Below, piece by piece: positions 61,394 through 64,000 of a stretch of DNA of 64,000 nucleotides; the first letter of the stretch is position 1, and every line of letters begins with the position of its first letter. Below the pieces are notes generated by a model. The model did not search any database. It worked only from the letters and a program-made list of their open reading frames with translations, and was not told the origin of the DNA. A program made the translations under genes and the position numbers. This DNA is from Candidatus Magasanikbacteria bacterium CG10_big_fil_rev_8_21_14_0_10_36_32 (GTDB taxonomy: Bacteria > Patescibacteriota > Patescibacteriia > Magasanikbacterales > GWA2-37-8), in assembly GCA_002778465.1 (NCBI GenBank), contig PFBV01000005.1, positions 7,534 to 71,533 on the forward strand, read 5' to 3'.

Positions 61394-62920
61394 TTATATT
61401 TTTGTTACTTTTGTTCCGGTAGTGTCGTCTTCAACCTGATATCCAAGTACAATCAGTCGATCGCGAATTTCGTCGCTGGTTTGCCAATTTTTATTTTTTC
61501 TCGCTTCATCCCGTTTAAAAATCAATTGTTGTATTTCTTTTGGCAATTCTTCTTGTTGATCAAGTTTTTCTACCTGATTTTTTATATCCAAACCAAAAAT
61601 TTCGTCAAATTTTAAAATTGTTTGCCAGTTGATTTGTTTATTTTTTATAGCCGTCCAAACTCCGGCCAGTGCTTTTGGTGTATCCAAATCATTATTAACC
61701 GCTGTTAAAAATTCATTTTCCAAGTTAATGTCGGTTTTAATTTCTTTGGTTTTTAATTCTGCCGCCGCTTGGTATAAATGATGTACACCGCTGGCAGCTG
61801 CTTCTAACGCTTCCCAAGAAAAATTTAATTGTTTGCGATAATGAGTTTGCAGTAAAAAGTAGCGGTAGGCTAGAGAGTCAATTCCTTTCTCTTTCAGCGT
61901 ATTCACAGTGATAAAATTGCCGGACGATTTGGACATTTTTACATAATTCATTAAACCACATTTGGGACATTTGCCCATTTGATTTTCTGATCTACCTTCT
62001 CTATTTATCCCCTGAATTGCGATTTTATGTATCATTTTAGGAATATATTTTTCACCACACGATTCACAAATTACCTCATCGTTTGTATTTGTCGGAGGAA
62101 TTTTTATAAATTCATTATGTAACCAGTAATTTGCCATTGTTTTTCCGTTGGCGGTTTCGCTTTGGGCTATTTCATTAGTGTGATGGACGGGAACATGATC
62201 AATACCGCCACAATGAATATCAAATGGCTGACCGAGATATTTTACCGACATAGCCGAACACTCAATATGCCAGCCAGGAAAACCAACGCCCCAAGGACTG
62301 CTCCATTCCATCTGTCGTTTTTGTCCAAATGGTGAAAATTTCCACAAAGCAAAATCAGTTATATTTTTTTTGCCACCCATGTTCACTCTGGCTCCGCCAA
62401 GCAATTCGTCTTTATTCAACTGCGCTAATTTGCCGTAATCGTTTAATTTGGAAGTGTCAAAATAAATTCCGTCGGAAGTTTCATAAATAAAACCTTTTTT
62501 CTCAAGTTTTTTTATAAGTTTAATTTGTTCTTTAATGTGAACGGTTGCTCGGCACCAAATATCCGGTTCCTCAATATTTAAATCGGCTAAATTTTCTCGG
62601 AATGCCTTGATATAAAAAGCGGCGATATCCCAAGCGCTTTTTCCTTCGCGCTTGGCTCCTTTTTCCATTTTATCTTCACCTTCGTCGGCGTCGCTGGTTA
62701 AATGTCCGACGTCGGTGATGTTCATTACATGTTTAACTTTATAACCATTATATTTTAAGACACGTTTTAAAATATCTTCAAAAATATAGGAACGAAGATT
62801 TCCGATGTGTGCGTAATTATAAACCGTCGGGCCGCAAGTGTATATTCCAACTTTTCTGTCTTTAATTGGTTTAAATTCTTCAATTTTTCTATTTAAAGTG
62901 TTGTATAGATTGATATTCAT
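61394..62920 (-). CDS. cysS: Cysteinyl-tRNA synthetase (class I), with a Cys-rich insertion before KMSKS.
   Basis: HIGH motif [20 protein letters not shown] motif KMSKSSGN. Inserted segment [11 protein letters not shown]...GKCPKCG. Confidence 0.9.
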   Translation of the reverse strand: MNINLYNTLNRKIEEFKPIKDRKVGIYTCGPTVYNYAHIGNLRSYIFEDILKRVLKYNGYKVKHVMNITDVGHLTSDADEGEDKMEKGAKREGKSAWDIAAFYIKAFRENLADLNIEEPDIWCRATVHIKEQIKLIKKLEKKGFIYETSDGIYFDTSKLNDYGKLAQLNKDELLGGARVNMGGKKNITDFALWKFSPFGQKRQMEWSSPWGVGFPGWHIECSAMSVKYLGQPFDIHCGGIDHVPVHHTNEIAQSETANGKTMANYWLHNEFIKIPPTNTNDEVICESCGEKYIPKMIHKIAIQGINREGRSENQMGKCPKCGLMNYVKMSKSSGNFITVNTLKEKGIDSLAYRYFLLQTHYRKQLNFSWEALEAAASGVHHLYQAAAELKTKEIKTDINLENEFLTAVNNDLDTPKALAGVWTAIKNKQINWQTILKFDEIFGLDIKNQVEKLDQQEELPKEIQQLIFKRDEARKNKNWQTSDEIRDRLIVLGYQVEDDTTGTKVTKI

Positions 62921-63075
62921 ATATTGAAAAGATGATGTTGATATTTTATCCTAAAATAAGGAAGTTATCAACAGGGGATACCATAAATTGTCTTTATTTG
63001 ATATAATATAATCAATAAACTAATATGGATTTCGTCTGTTTAGTTGTTTATTGGATTTTAAAATTACTATCTTAT

Positions 63076-64000
63076 TATGTGTTCATTATTTTCAAAACCA
63101 AAATCTTATTTAGGAGTTGATTTGGGTGCCGGTGGCATAAAAGTAGTAGAGGTACAGGAAGTTAAAAAACGTCCCATGCTTTTTACTTATGGTTTTACTT
63201 CGGAATTTCAGGACATTCATCGTTTATCGGCTGGCAAAGAAATAGAACCGGAAGATTTTCAGGTTGAACAAACTGAAGGAATTCGGCCAGTGAAAAAGAA
63301 TTTGCCACAGATTGGAATAAGTGAACAAAAAATAGACAAATACGCCGCTACGTTGAAAGAAGTTTGTCGCCAAGCAAAAACCAGTTCTAAAAATGCTTCA
63401 GTCAGCTTGCCTGTTTCGGCGGTTTTTCATTCTATTGTCACTTTGCCGAAAGTTAATGAGAAAGATTTAAATTCAATTTTAAAAGCGGAAGTAAAAAAGC
63501 TTTTGCCATATCCGATAGATGATATGGTTTTAGATTATCAGATTTTAGAAAAATTTTCTGATGAGCGGCATAAAAAAATAATGGTGAATGCTGTGCCGAA
63601 GAGTATTGTGGAATTTTATACCAAAGTTTTTCAACGTGCTGGTTTGATATTAGATTCATTGGAGCCGGAATCAACCGCTTTAGAGCGGGCTTTGGTGGGT
63701 CGTGATCAGGCGGTGACGATGTTGATTGATATGGGCGCAGAACGTACTAATTTGTTTATTATTGATCAAACTGTTCCAATTACCAACCATACGATTGAGT
63801 CTGGCGGAAATAAAATAAATAAAATTTTATCGGCCACTCTTGGTGTGGATGAAAAATTGGTTGAGCGAATGAAGCGTGATTTGTTTGATAATTCATCAAA
63901 ATCAAACAATGGACAAAAATTAGACAAAGAAAATTTTATTAAATTATTGGATCCGATTATTGATCCGATTGTTAAACAGATTGAGTATAGTTTTGATTTG
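63076..64000 (+). CDS. pilM: Type IV pilus assembly ATPase-like protein PilM, 3'-partial; it runs off the window.
   Basis: MCSLFSKPKSYLGVDLGAGGIKVVEV is an actin-like N-terminus typical of PilM. The ORF stays open to nt 64000. Confidence 0.65.

Noticed and set aside
1-64000. Search for CRISPR arrays and for a diversity-generating retroelement (a reverse transcriptase with a template-repeat and variable-repeat pair, which would be plausible next to the lectin-fold giant protein).
   Set aside because: No regularly spaced direct repeats and no reverse-transcriptase-like ORF (no YxDD motif protein) were seen in any frame.

Overview
The window is low-GC, densely packed and mostly plus-strand, and the gene content fits a small-genome Patescibacteria/CPR-type bacterium; this assignment is inferred from gene content and was not searched. 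Housekeeping genes recognised from motifs include ybeY-dgkA, ftsA-ftsZ, nrdR, pyk, secA, secD-secF, dusB, dnaX, cysS, a tRNA-Gln(CUG) and the 5' end of a pilM-like gene. A contiguous fermentative module is present: NuoF-like flavoprotein, [FeFe]-hydrogenase HydA, 2-oxoacid:ferredoxin oxidoreductase alpha/gamma and beta, and ADP-forming acetyl-CoA synthetase. The accessory content is more unusual:
(i) Two tandem surface proteins, one 5'-partial and one of 3531 aa, begin with the same TrbC/VirB2 pilin-like two-helix membrane domain. The giant one adds IPT/TIG, LamG and Cys-rich repeat domains, and two membrane proteins with TSP3-like Asp-rich repeats follow it.
(ii) A VirB4/TrbE-family ATPase of 851 aa is present together with a separately encoded 460-aa paralog that covers only its N-terminal non-ATPase domain. 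An unannotated 53-aa two-helix membrane ORF precedes that paralog.
(iii) Six paralogous secreted trypsin-like (S1/Trypsin_2-type) serine proteases each carry their own AGGAGG ribosome-binding site. Four are followed by near-identical CCCC(N)GGGG hairpin terminators, one by a shared palindrome, and one has lost the whole catalytic triad. A gluzincin metallopeptidase, LdcA and a papain-like peptidase lie nearby.
(iv) The tRNA-Gln is flanked by partial copies of itself (5' half and 3' end) and by inverted repeats.
(v) A GC-rich, structured, roughly 180-nt element sits in an intergenic region.
(vi) SecD carries an inserted parvulin PPIase domain.
(vii) An 811-aa membrane protein carries a zinc phospholipase C/P1-nuclease-like domain.
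Two housekeeping genes, pyk and maf, show frameshifts at homopolymers.
All calls rest on motif recognition by eye. No database search was possible.
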